Source: Callorhinchus milii
Taxonomy: Eukaryota
Assembly (NCBI RefSeq): GCF_018977255.1
Contig: NW_024704746.1
Span: forward strand, 27,094,001-27,158,000
Direction of reading: 5' to 3'
DNA length: 64,000 nt
Position numbers and translations under genes: made by a program. Every line of letters starts with the position of its first letter. The stretch's first letter is position 1. The notes below the pieces were generated by a model. The model was not told the DNA's origin. It did not search any database and worked only from the letters and a program-made list of their open reading frames with translations. Below are positions 12,462-25,181 of this stretch, in pieces.

Positions 12462-13089
12462 GTTGCAGTCGGATTCTCTCTCAGATCTGAGGCTGTGGAA
12501 ACGAGAAGAGACTCTGAATGATGAGAGGCTGGAGATCCTCCTGTATATATACATCCTCTCTGTCCTGTCGTAGTTACACCATTGACGCAGCTGTCAGTTA
12601 CAGGAAAATGATTTCACAATTGACCAACCCAAGATTGTTGTAATGGAATATTGAAAAACCACAATATTTATGTATTTTCTTAACCAGAAACGTATTACTG
12701 ATAACTAACTCGAATTGTATGGTTTGTGTGGCTGTTGTCTATTGATGCAATGTTTGGAGGGACTTCCAATATATGGACCTGTTCACTTTTTCAAATACCC
12801 TTTACGTCTTTAAATCATTCTTACATATTGCCTTTAATTGATTTTGCAATCATTGTGACTGGATGTCATCAATAATTGTACCTCTTTTGCAACTGTGCGC
12901 TGATGCATTGAAGATAAATAACACGGTTGCAAACAATGATGGTGATTGATTATTATGCAGCTTCGCTTCTCATAGAAATGTGAGTCAAACATCCTCCAGA
13001 CAAGCAATCACATAGATATAAGTTTATCGTGTTATAAGGGAACTAGAATACAGTACAACCCAATACATTCATGGTGTCCTGATTAAACA

Positions 13090-13225
13090 TCGAAACAGGA
13101 GGAGGCCATTCAGCCCCTCAAGCCTGTTCCGCCATTCTATAAGATCACGGCTGATCTGTACCTCAAGTTCAATTACCCTCCCTTGCCCCGTATCCCTTAA
13201 TACCCCGACCTCACAAATATAAACA
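13090..13225 (-). mobile_element. CR1-like LINE 3' end fragment
   Basis: ggaggaggccattcagcccctcaagcctgttccgccattc...gctgatctgtacctcaa. Related copies at ~15470-15615, ~23080-23165 (opposite strand) and ~59275-59480. Confidence 0.7.
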
Positions 13226-13574
13226 TCTTCAACGTCAGAGTCGGTTACTATAGGGTGAATAGTAGCAAAGTATTTTCACGCTGTTTGGTGAGGCAGTAAC
13301 CAATTGGTGCAAATTTTCAGATAATCACAAAAAAATTCAACGTGAGGTTCAGAAAACAAACAATTACACGGAGAGAGGATGGAAGGTGACATTCTCTGCC
13401 ATAAACTGTTGCTGAAGCAGAGGCTATAAATGGGAAGAGGAGGAATATTAAAGGATATTGTGAATGAGCGGGCAAACGGTATTAGATTGGCCAATGTGTA
13501 GAAACAGCTACGGCGTCAGCCATTGTGTGCTGCAACATCCTATGTTTCATTCAATTTATCTCACTGTACATTTA

Positions 13575-13853
13575 ATAATAATAATCCTTCCATTTTACAT
13601 AGAAACTGATCATGTCGTTGAGGCATCTCAAAGTGCTTCACAGAATACACTGTTAAGTGAACTGACTGCATATTTTTTTTAAGGGATTATTACCTCCAGA
13701 ACTGACTAACAACTTGGTTCCTACTTACTGCTGGTAAACAGAGACGTATGGAGTAAGGAAATTTGCCTAAGGTTTCACTCTGCCCGGGAATCAAACCCAG
13801 GTCCTCTCGCTTGTGAGGCGAGTGCTCTAACCAATATGCTGCAGGACACCACA
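13575..13853 (-). mobile_element. Internally deleted SINE with tRNA head
   Basis: Head, central motif and tail present; part of the 3' body missing. Confidence 0.8.
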
Positions 13854-14287
13854 TTTATGGTTTGAAAAGCCTTTCTTTCACAGGGGAAAGAAAAGCAAAG
13901 CTGTTATCTTTGTCAATCTTTACTCCTCAGCATTCATTAAAACTGATTGATTGATTTGGTGTTGTTTAGTAGAATCCACAGCCTTTACAAATGTTACTTA
14001 TCTGGTGGAAATGACAATGACGCGAAAATAAGATTTTTCCATCTTGTCATGTCATTACTAAACAGGAAAACATGATGCAGCACGATCGTGCGTCCAGAGA
14101 AATAACAGGAAGTTGCAAAAGAGTTATTGGGTGGCGAGATGGTAGGGCTTTCCTCTTTCTTTGAATTGATTTCTTCTTTCCTTAAATTCTTGAGATCATT
14201 GCTTTATAATTTGGAGTTGCGCAAAAACTTCCAGGAAGTTCTTAAATTGAGTTCATTTGAAAGCAGAGTTCCACAGAATGTACTGAA

Positions 14288-14735
14288 AACAACAACAACA
14301 ACAACAACAACAACAAGATTTCATTTCTAGAGCGCCTTTCACGTCAGGAGGACGTCCCAAGGCGCTGGACAGTTGGGTCAGGACCCGAGTAGGGGGGAAA
14401 TGGTCAGGGTGAGGGGAGGGAAGGGAGGGAGCGAGGAGGGGGTAGAGAGTCAAGAGCGGAGCTGAAGGTGCGGTCAAAGAGAAAGGTCTTGAGACCGGCC
14501 TTGAAGGAGGAAAGGGAGGAGGCGGCGAAGGCACTGGGGGATGGAGTTCCAGAGCCTCGGGGCTGAGAGGCTGAAGGCCACCGATGGTAGGGCGGTTGGG
14601 GCGGGGGATGTGGAGCAGACCGGAGCCGGAGGAACGGAGGGTACGGGCAGGTAGGTAGGGGGATAGTAGGTCAGAGAGGTAGGAGGGAGCGAGGCCGTGA
14701 ATGGCCTTGTAGGTGAGGATGAGGACCTTGAATTC
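14288..14735 (-). mobile_element. L2 LINE 3' end (same subfamily as 5187-5783)
   Basis: Reverse complement closely matches 5187-5783 (AFSLSAPRLWNSIPQCLRRLLP) with a single copy of the 46-bp unit; (CAA)n tail. Confidence 0.87.
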
Positions 14736-15814
14736 GACAGAAGTGAATTCTGTGATATTCTGTGATATTCAGAGAATTCTGCATCTTGTGGGCGACGCTT
14801 GATGTTCATTTCCTCATTCCTTGTGTAGGATTTGATATTCTAAAATTAAGATAAATGTAAATTAGTGTCAGTGCTAATTGTGTGGTACAGTATTTCTGAA
14901 AATAGATAACAGCAGATGCATCCACTATGCAATGGCACATCTCTCAGAACACTTGTTCCCAACTTTCTGAGTGCTTTATTTTATCTATGATGTATTGTTA
15001 ATATTTTTGGTATCAAAGTCCCCTGCGGATGTTATACTTTTTTTTCTTTATGAGTTCTTGTCTGGCCTTGGCAGTTGCACCCTTCCAAGCCCAGAAAATG
15101 TTATTTTCCAAATGAGATTGATACCTTGAGCTGAGCCAGAGATTTAAATCATGATCTGGCAATGAAGAAAACACAGAATTATAGAGTATTATAGTACAGA
15201 AGGAGGCCATTCGGCCCACTGTGCCTGTGCTGGCTCTTTAGAAGAGCTCCCCAATCACACAAGCGCATTGGGACGTCCTCCCGATGTGAAAGGCGCTGTA
15301 CACATGTCATTTGTTGTTGCTGATGCTGTGTTTCATTGTGTTCACTGTGGATGTGGTGAAGATTCACGGGAACTAAAGAACATGGGTAAAATGTGTGATA
15401 TAGTCTGTCAAAATCAATGGCTGTTTAAAGTCAAATTTATTATCACCAGACTGTGGGACATTGCTGTGCGTAGGAACATAGGAACAGGAGGAGGCCATTC
15501 AGCCCTTCAAGCCTGTTCAGCCATTTAATTAGATCATGGTTGATCTGTACCTCAACTAATCCTTTCAAATCCAATTTCACGCTTTCTCCCCATATCCCTT
15601 AATACCCTGACCTCCCATTACCCGTGCTCAGATCGTTAACTGCATTTTTCTAGACGTTTACAGTAACTACATTTACTTAACAATAAATTCTGTGAAGCGC
15701 TTTGAGACTCCTGAAGTTTGAATGACAGATTTTATTCTGTGGCGATGTCCAAATTGAGTTCACTTACACCACTGATTGTAGAGCAAAACCTCAGAGAAGC
15801 ACATCTAATACTTT

Positions 15815-16228
15815 GCAAACAACAACAACAAGGTCAACAACTTGCATTGACACAGCGCCCCTCACGTACAGTAGCGTCTGAGAGCGCTTGACAGTGGCGG
15901 AGCACGACCCTGAGCTAGAGGGAGCGGGGAGGCGAGGGTAGGCTCGGCCAAAGAGGAAGATCTTCAGGCGCGATTTGAAGGTGGAGGGGGGGAGGAGTGG
16001 GGGCAAAGCACAGGTGTAGAGGAGGAGTGTTCCAGAGTTTCGGGTCGCAGTGGCTAAAAATGCGGCCACTGATGGTGGAATGGAGGGCACCAGGGACCAG
16101 ACGAGCGGAGGCAGAGGGTAGCGGAGTGGGGGTGGGGGGGGGGGTAAGCAGGTCGGAGAGATAGGGAGGTGCCAGGGCATGAAGGGATTTGAAAACGAGT
16201 GAGAGGATCTTGAAATCAGCCGTAAGTA
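15815..16228 (-). mobile_element. L2 LINE 3' end (second subfamily)
   Basis: ORF track: FKILSLVFKSLHALAPPYLSDLL...PKLWNT; TFKSRLKIFLF; (CAA)n tail. Confidence 0.83.
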
Positions 16229-16504
16229 AAGCCGATAGCAGGAGTTTGAAAATGACCATTGGTAAACTTCTCTATTGCTTTTCGTTTCTTTATTCAGGAA
16301 ATAAGTAACAATCACAAAACTATGAAGTATCAAAAAAAATTGTTCAATGTGTGACTGCAAATGAAAAATCTAAGTACATAATAAATCTGAATTTAATACA
16401 CTATTAAATTGCGATACAATTTCTTTTCATTTCCTGAGTTCATACCATGAACTGAATGTGGTATTTCTGGGATACATCAATGTAAACATCTCAAAAAACA
16501 CATT

Positions 16505-16660
16505 TGATCATTCAATCCACGACTGTTTGTGGGACAGTGCTGTGTTTTACCCACAAATGTACAGTCAATTCACTTTACAGTACATTCTGTGAAGCGCTGT
16601 GAGACGTTTAAACGACGTGATAAGGCGCTATTTCGAATGTAAGGATTATTTTTATTATTA
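16505..16660 (+). mobile_element. SINE 3' fragment
   Basis: Family body and tail signature. Confidence 0.78.
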
Positions 16661-16723
16661 AACATAGCAAACAGAAGTTTTCACCATGTTTCTCAAACTC
16701 TACTTTGACACTGTCCTTTGATG

Positions 16724-18881
16724 TTAACTTTCATATTCAATAGACTTTGCCAAATCACTCAAATTCATTCTCACTCCAAAATGCTCATCGAATAGCTTAT
16801 TCTGTCTTGTGCTGAAATGGTTCTTCCAATCTCCAACAGTACCTAAAAATAGAAGACAAATGATTAGACAATGAAGACCATGTGTGTAACACGTGAAAAT
16901 TCAATTAAAAAGTGGTGTTGAATGTTCTGTGGTCAAAGTAATAATAATAATAATCCTTGCATTTGATATAGCGCCTAATAGTGTTTTGGGGACATCTCAA
17001 ATTAATGACCACCCACTGGTATTACTATTGTTATATTAAATTATATTATGATGTTATATAATATATTGTTATACTGCACTGTTATTATTTCCATTATTGA
17101 GATGGAAATAACTCTATAACTATTTATTAGGGAGACATTTCCATCCGGTCTAGACGTTTTTGGCTGAGGAGCTTCACTATGGTTCGATGTCACAAACTAT
17201 ATTTACCTTTTCGGAATATCAGCCTCTTGTTGGATGTCAGAGCGCACACAGTGTTATTGGCATCGACCTTTTCCTTCTGCGCCTGTTCCTTCATCTCATT
17301 AAAGGACGATTTCCTGGTGATGTCGCCAATTTGCTCAGAAGTCAGGTTGACACCCAGGAAGGTGCTGATCTGCTCAACGCACTCGGTCGGATCCTGGAGA
17401 AATAATCACAAGGAAAAAAAGCTTATTATGAAAAAGGCGAAGGGTTTGTTCATGTAGAATTCTGTGTGTGTGTGAGTTGAGTGTGAGTGTGATTAAAAGT
17501 ATTGCGCTGTGAGATGCCGTCGTCTGAATCGCAATTCTCTTGAATTGTGGATGGATTCTTCCCTCAATAAATATCTACCGGTATTTGTAACTTCTTCCAC
17601 ATGTAATTGTGAAGTAACTTGTTCATTCCTACTCCGAAACATGATCATAACATTCTTATTATTATCAATTTGGATGTGAGATACTTAGACAAAGTGTAAA
17701 TGTGGTATAATTTCATATCTGGCAACACATTTTCTACAGTATCTCACCTTCTTCATGGCTTCGTAGTACAGAATGAGAACATTGTCATCATTTTTGTGCT
17801 CCTCCCAACTGTGAATGTGATCGCACCACGAGCCACAAACAACTGCAATAGAAAAATAGAATAAGTGTTAAGTAAACAGTTAATTGGAAGTGTGATTATA
17901 TTCGCGGTAGTTTCTCTTCATTGGCAAACTGAATGAGTTGGTCAGTTGATTGATATTAAAGTTAAGTACCAATATTTGTCTGTAATAATATTTCATTTAA
18001 GGGCAGTGTTAAAATCTTTTGTGGAATCTGCAACCTGAATGTTTTTGACATTGTAAATCTCACCGTCTCCGTTCAGGAACATTTCCAAAAAGGTGGTCCA
18101 TTTGTCAACGGTTGGCAGGTTGGGATTGTCTTTGTAGTAGTGATACAAGGAAACAGCGGTGTCTTTAGGGTTTCTGATGATATAGATCATCTGTGAGAAG
18201 AGAGAACACAACATGTTTAGCAAAGATCATACAAAGAGCACACAAGGTTTTATATTTAATTAATAATAACAATATTCATTACATTTGATACTTGGCTTTA
18301 TCATGCCGATGGGAATATGTTGTAAAGTGGATTGACTGTATATTTTGTGGGCAGAATAGGCACTGTTCTTAATGTAAGGATTATTGTGATATTTATCAAG
18401 TGTCTGTACCTTGCATTTCTTGGTTTTGAGCTGCACTGGCAACATCTTGTAGTTCAGGTGTGTGGGGATCAGTCTCGGGGAAGGAAGATTTCTCAGGTCC
18501 TCGTATTTGGAAGGATCTCCAAACTCAATGGGAGAGGTCAGTGTCACTGTTCCACAGCCATTTGCACCTTGTTGAGTGCGGTACAGGTTTTTCAGGATCT
18601 CTGCCAGCCAGTGAGTCCCTGTGAGGGTTGAAGAGAGAAAGACAATGAGAGTGAGATATTGTCAAACTATTATCAATAGAAACACAACATCTTCCCTATC
18701 TCTGGAGATTTGATTTTATATTTAATGTGTAAAACTTCTTACCTGACTTTGGGTAGGACACCAACAGCACATCATCCTCTCTGGCTTCAAAGGAGTCCAA
18801 GGTGTGTAAAAGCTCTTTTGATGAGCGTGTAGAAAAGGGAATCCCGTTAAAGGTGTGGACGAGGGCTGACTGGGATGGCAT
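16724..18881 (-). CDS. Cytosolic sulfotransferase, SULT6B-like, copy B (291 aa)
   Basis: Exons 18881-18743, 18618-18410, 18190-18064, 17842-17748, 17393-17207, 16842-16724. Same sizes and motifs as copy A; no stop or frameshift seen. Most divergent last exon (DEHFGVRMNLSDLAKSIEYES*). Confidence 0.93.
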
Positions 18882-19156
18882 GTTGCAGTCGGATTCTCTC
18901 TCAGATCTGAGGCTGTGGAAACGAGAAGAGACTCTGAATGATGAGAGGCTGGAGATCCTCCTGTATATATACATCCTCTCTGTCCTGTCGTAGTTACACC
19001 ATTGACGCAAACTTCAGTAACGGAAAATGATTTCACAATTGACCAACGCAAGATTGTTGTAATGGAATATTGAAACACCGTAAAATAAACTTTACAGATT
19101 TTTTAACTGACCTCACATATTAAAAGTTCTATTTAAACAAGTGAGAAATACTGCAA

Positions 19157-19359
19157 ATGTAGGTTTAAGTGGTTTTGTAGATATAGATTTACTGATATTC
19201 TGAAAATTCACATGGGTCGAGATCAGTAGAGTTGTTATTTCCACATATTGTAGACCAATGGAAAGCATTGCAAAATACAAATAACTCTACTGATCTCGAT
19301 CCATGTGAGTTTTCAGAATCTCAATAAATCGATATCTACAAAAACAATTAAATCTACAT
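19157..19359. repeat. Imperfect ~80-bp inverted repeat (hairpin, MITE-like)
   Basis: 19157-19240 (atgtaggtttaagtggttttgtagatatagatttactgatattctgaaaattcacatgggtcgagatcagtagagtt) is the reverse complement, with mismatches, of 19279-19359; loop ~38 nt. Confidence 0.85.
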
Positions 19360-19784
19360 GTCATTAGAATATTATATTATAATATATATAAAATAACATA
19401 ATAGGAATTATACAGTTATATATAATTATATATATATTATATATAATATAAATTATACAGTACATTCTGTGAAGCGCTTTGATATAAATGCAAGGATTAT
19501 TCTTATTATTTCACCAGATCCATCTTTGACAGAGCATTTTCTTCCTCACACCTGAGGTTGCTTTGGTTTTCCATCCTTATCAGGAACACTTGTGAGTGCT
19601 AATAATCCAATCTGACACCAAGCTTCCCCTGAACTCAGATGAATTTAGTTTCACTCTGCCAAAGGAATGATGGGGAAAGGAGGGTGCAACATATTTTGAA
19701 ATGTTCCAGCCATAGTAACTGATATTCTGAAAAAATAATAGGAAGCACTTCTCTGTTTTAGAAAACAATGTTCTCCAGATACTG

Positions 19785-19962
19785 TAATAAAAATAATAAT
19801 CCTTGCATTTAATGTCGCCCCTTATCACGTCATCGAAACGGTCTCAAAGCGCTTCACAAAATATACTGCAAAGTGACTTAACTGTATATTTTGTGGGCAA
19901 AACACTGTCAGCCGATTGGACACAGCAGCGTCCTCACGAACAGTTGTGGATTGAGTGACCAT
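19785..19962 (-). mobile_element. 5'-truncated SINE
   Basis: Family body and tail signature. Confidence 0.8.
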
Positions 19963-20144
19963 GACTAATATGTGCGTGTACTTGTGAAAGAGTGAATTCT
20001 CCCCATTATGCAAGGTTAATGGGCAATCAACTATTCTATTATAATGCCAACCAACATGACTAATAAGTGTGGCGTCTCACAAGCTTCTCATAAACAACTG
20101 ATTAGTCAGATCAAAACTGATAGAACTGGTTCATTTCAATGCAA

Positions 20145-20575
20145 CACCACCAACAAATTACATTGCGCAGCACCTTTCATGTCCGGAGGACGTCCCAATG
20201 TGCTGGATAGTCAGGGATTTGGACCTGAGCTGGGAGATGGGACCAGGAGGGGTGGAGGGCAGGGAAGGTGGGGATAGGTGGGTGGCTGAAGGCGCGGTCA
20301 AAGAGGAGGGTCTTGAGATGGGACTTGAACAAGGCAAGGGATGGAGCGAGGCGACGATATTATGTCAACAACAACAACTTGCACTTATCTAGCACCCTCC
20401 ACGAAGGGTAGCGTTTCAGAGTGCTTAACAGTGGCGGAGCCTGACTCCGAGCCAGGGGGAGGTGGTCGTAAACACGGTCGAAGAGGAAAGTTTTCAGGCA
20501 GGACTTAAAAGAGGGGAGAGAGGGGGCAAGGTGGAAGGATTGAGGGAGAGTGTTCCAGAGTTTTAGGCCATCCAT
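20145..20575 (-). mobile_element. Two adjacent L2 3'-end fragments
   Basis: KLWNTLPQS...SLPSFKSCLKTFLFD in the ORF track; two L2-type tails at ~20145-20210 and ~20365-20430. Confidence 0.75.
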
Positions 20576-20785
20576 CCGGTATACCTGACCCAGTATATTT
20601 TCAGAGAGAGAGAGAGCCTTAAAGAGACTTTTGGATGCTCGAAGACTATTTTTTTTTGCCAGCCGGGTGTCTGCTACATATGGAAACCCATCACCGTTGC
20701 TTAAGAGTCTCCAACCAAGCTGAGAATTCCACGCATCCCATCTACACCATGGAAATCCCAGAGAGAGATTGTTGGAATGGAATGC

Positions 20786-20817
<32 letters not shown>

Positions 20818-21354
20818 GGAGAGATGCATCCTGCTTACCTAATTACGGAAAGGATTAGGCGCAGGTTGGCAAGAGCCAAGGCTTGGAGCAAGTCCCTACT
20901 TAATGCACAAAGACAGAACAACAAAAGATAAAGATATTTCTTTACTCAAAGATTACTGGAAAACGATGGTTGAGACTAGGACTTGGACTTGTTTAATGCT
21001 GTTAAATTGGGTATTGTGTAAAGATGAGATGAAATTGACTTACTTCGTCATCCCAATCAATCTTGTGATCCATCATCTTGTGAAATTTTCAATTTCTCTT
21101 CCTTCAATTTTGACTCTTTCTTCTCTGGTAATCCCCAATTGTCACTTTTCAATCGTTACTTACTTTCTTATATTACAGAAATCACAATGATGTTCTGGAA
21201 ATATGACTTTGCCTATTTTAACTGGAAATTGTGACACTGATCAGTCAGAACAGACAGGAAGTTAAGAAAGCTTCAAGGGAATGACTTGATAACCCCAAAT
21301 TTTGTGGAAGGTTATATAGCGTGGAAACAGGCCGTTGAGATAAACTAGTCTACG

Positions 21355-21610
21355 TTCAGGGCGAAACATTGGGCAAGTTTCCTTCCTCCACACTCCTCTG
21401 TTTACCCAGCAGTAAGTAGGAACCCGGTTGTTAATAATAATTTGGTCACTCAATCCACAGCTTTTTGTGAAAACACTGCTGTGTGAAATTAGGGACTGTG
21501 TTTCGCCCACAAAATATAGTCAATTCACTTTACAGTATACTCTGTGAAGCACTTTGAAACATCTCAACAAGGTGATAAGACACTACATCAAATGCAAGGA
21601 TTATTATATG
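21355..21610 (+). mobile_element. SINE lacking the tRNA head
   Basis: cctctgtttacccagcagtaagtaggaacccggttgtt central motif, body and tail. Confidence 0.82.
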
Positions 21611-21639
21611 ATGTTTATACTCTACATGAGTAGAGTATA

Positions 21640-21980
21640 AACCACCCCTCCCCTCTACCGCTCCCCTCTATTGCTTTCGTCCTCATGTAGACATCACATT
21701 TCCTCTTAAATGTGTCATTGCTTTCTAGTTCAACCACAGCTTCCATCCGTCAGTTCCACCATCTCACCACCCTCTGTGCAAGAAGTTCCTCTTAAACACC
21801 TGTGAGATCTGCTGCTAATTTATCTTTATGTCCCTTTATTTCAGACTCAGCCACACAGCCTGTTAACGCTCACGTAATTTAATTATTTCATGATCTTAAA
21901 CATCTCCATCAGGTCCCTTCTCAATCATCTCTTTTCCAGAGAGGAAAACTTCACCCTGTCCAGTCTTTCCGGGTAGCTAT
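21640..21980 (-). mobile_element. Degenerate CR1-like ORF2 3' fragment
   Basis: ttcctcttaaatg...gttccaccatctcaccaccctctgtg...tcaggtccctt...cttttccagagag...tccagtctttcc pattern of reversed CR1 ORF2 C-termini. Confidence 0.6.
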
Positions 21981-22645
21981 GTGATGTCTGACAATTGTTT
22001 CCATTGTAAAACATATCTTGTTCTTGTGACACACATTCTTGTGAAATATAATGCCTGATTATAGAATATGAGTGCTCGTCGGACATCAATATCAATGGCA
22101 AGCTATGTGGTTTTAGCTGGTTAGACTCTAGCAGTGCCACGCTCTGGGTGGAAGGGAGAGAGGAGGATTGATTTCCACGGCAGTCTTCGGGAATTATTGG
22201 AAATAATGTTTCATAACTCAATCAATATGACAAGTTACAAAACTTATAGTAGAATTATAAGTATACCGCACTTATATTAGAATTTTGAACATTACAGGAA
22301 AAAGTCAATGAGTATATTGGTTTCACTTTTTTATTGAAGTGCAGTGAGAAGAAACAAACCACAAAGCTGTTCAATAATAAAAATAAATATTCAGATAAAT
22401 TAACAACAATCAAAAATATTCATTGATCTAATCCTTGGGTTATGTGGGTAATAAGTTTTATATATAAAGAATACAATTCAACACATCATAAATATTACAC
22501 GCAGCACTGAGTACACTAAGCTCATTGCCTCATGAACCTTATGCTGCAGTTTAAGTAAGAAATTCCTGCAATAAATTATTACAAATACAAATATTGTTTG
22601 AATCCTAAGCACGAGATTTTCTACTTCAAAAAACATCCTTCAATG

Positions 22646-25181
22646 TTAACTCTCGTATATAATAGACTTTGCCAGTTCACTGGAATTCATTCTCTCTCCA
22701 AACCGCTCATCAAATAGCTTATTCTGTCTTGTGCTGAAATGGTTCTTCCAATCTCCAACAGTACCTAAAGGTTAGAAGGGCAAATAGATTAGTTTGGAAC
22801 ATGTCTAACAGTCGAATAAATAGTGCGGAACATGGCAGTCATTTATCAAATATATACATATATATGGTGTCCAACACATAACACAATGTTTAATAAGAAA
22901 ATTAAATATGTCAACCATCCCCCTACGTATATTCCGTTATGACTGGTTCTCAAAGGATCAGCAGCAGCAACGCTTAAAGTCAAAATAACTCGAGCAAGTT
23001 GTACTCTCCTCAACCTGAGAGGACCAGGAAATCTAACAGAGACTTCAGTCAACACAGAGACATTCTTAATTAGTAAAAGGGGAACTGAGGTTGAGGTACA
23101 GATCCGCCATAATTTATAGAATAGTGGAACAGGCTCTTGGGGCTGAATGGCCTACTCCGGCTCTATAAGAATCGTCCCATTTTACCCAATTAGCTCTGAA
23201 TTTACCTAAATCTGCTGTGACTGTAGCGAATTGTGATCATTAATACAATCTCACTATTTCAGCTCAATCCTGTCACCAAATAAACTCAGAGGAGACGAAC
23301 CTTTTCGGAATATCAGCCTCTTGTTGGATGTCAGAGCACACACAGTGTTATTGGCATCGACTTTTTCCTTCTGCGCCTGTTCCTTCATCTCATTAAAGGA
23401 CGATTTCCTGGTGATGTCGCCAATTTGCTCAGAAGTCAGGTTGACACCCAGGAAGGTGCTGATCTGCTCAACGCACTCGGTCGGATCCTGGAGAAACAAT
23501 CACAAGAAGAAAAGCTTGTTATAAAAAGGGAGATAAAACTATCATTAATTTAAATATGAATATTTTCCTCATGGCCCAGTAACAGATACTGTTCAATGAG
23601 GATGAGAATCTCTTTTGCCAGTTTAGTAACTTACAAGAAATGTGTGTATATGAGGAATAGGATTTTCCTGCTTTAGGACAACGGCACATTGTGAATGATG
23701 GGACCCAAAGTGCTGTGGAGTTGAGTGAAATCCTCCTGAATTGTTGGTCAATTCTTCCCCAATAAATATTTGCTGGTATTTGTAACCTGTTCCTCATATA
23801 GTGAATGAATTGGTGCCCTGTGGATTCTGATGACTAGATATATATGTAATTGCAGAGATATTACAAGGGTTCTTACTTGTTTAGACCCAATTTGGATGTA
23901 AGATGTGACATAGAATAAAGCAGAACCTTTGTGCACGACCTTACCTTTTTCATGTCCTCGTAATATAGAATGAGAACATTGTCATCATTTTTGTGCTCTT
24001 CCCAACTGACAATATGATCGCACCACGAGCCACAAACAACTGCAATAGAAAAGAATAATTGTTTAGCAATTTGTAGATCTAGAAATCTAGATTTTATTTC
24101 CAGGAAATTTTTATTTATTCACAAATTGAGAGAATGGGTCAGAATTTTAACATTAAATTTAGTGACAATAACTACTACTACTAATAACGATAGTAACAAT
24201 AACTACTACTACTAATAATAATAATATTAGCAATCACTAACTGTGACATAATCTCACCTTCTCCTCTCAGGAACATTTCTAAAAAAGTGGTCCATTTGTC
24301 AACGGTTGGCAGGTTGGGATTATCTTTGTAGTAGTGATACAAGGAAACAGCAGTGTCTTTAGGGTTTCTGATGATGTAGATCATCTGTGAGAAGAGAGAA
24401 CACAACATGTTCAGCAAAGATCACACAAACAGCACTAAATATCAGTGCTCAAAGAGCACAATAATAATCAAAATATTGTTCACTGAATGCACATAAATTA
24501 TGAAACAAAACAGATATGTGTAAGTGTAAGGTTAAGTAGGTAACACATTTTAGGCTTAATTATGAATTATTAACAATTTTATGGAAATGTAAGATTATGA
24601 GTATTTTGATAAATTTTAAGTCTTTATGAAACATTAACATTGTAATATGTTGCATGAAAACCATTTCTCTAATGTAAGGATTATTGTGATATTTATCAAG
24701 TGTCTGTACCTTGCATTTCTTGGTTTTGAGCTGCACTGGCAACATCTTGTAGTTCAGGTGTGTGGGGATCAGTCTCGGGGAAGGAAGATTTCTCAGGTCC
24801 TCGTATTTGGAAGGATCTCCAAACTCAATGGGAGAGGTCAGTGTCACTGTTCCACAGCCATTTGCACCTTGTTGAGTGCGGTACAGGTTTTTCAGGATCT
24901 CTGCCAGCCAGTGAGTCCCTGTGAGGGTTGAAGAGAGAAAGACAATGAGAGTGAGATATTGTCAAACTATTATCAATAGAAACACACCATCTTCCCTATC
25001 TCTGGAGATTTGATTTTATATTTAATGTGTAAAACTTCTTACCTGACTTTGGGTAGGACACCAACAGCACATCATCCTCTCTGGCTTCAAAGGAGTCCAA
25101 GGTGTGTAAAAGCTCTTTTGATGAGCGTGTAGAAAAGGGAATCCCGTTAAAGGTGTGGACGAGGGCTGACTGGGATGGCAT
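22646..25181 (-). CDS. Cytosolic sulfotransferase, SULT6B-like, copy C (291 aa)
   Basis: Exons 25181-25043, 24918-24710, 24384-24258, 24039-23945, 23487-23301, 22764-22646. Intact splice sites and motifs; minus-strand AATAAA near 22330-22335. Confidence 0.93.
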
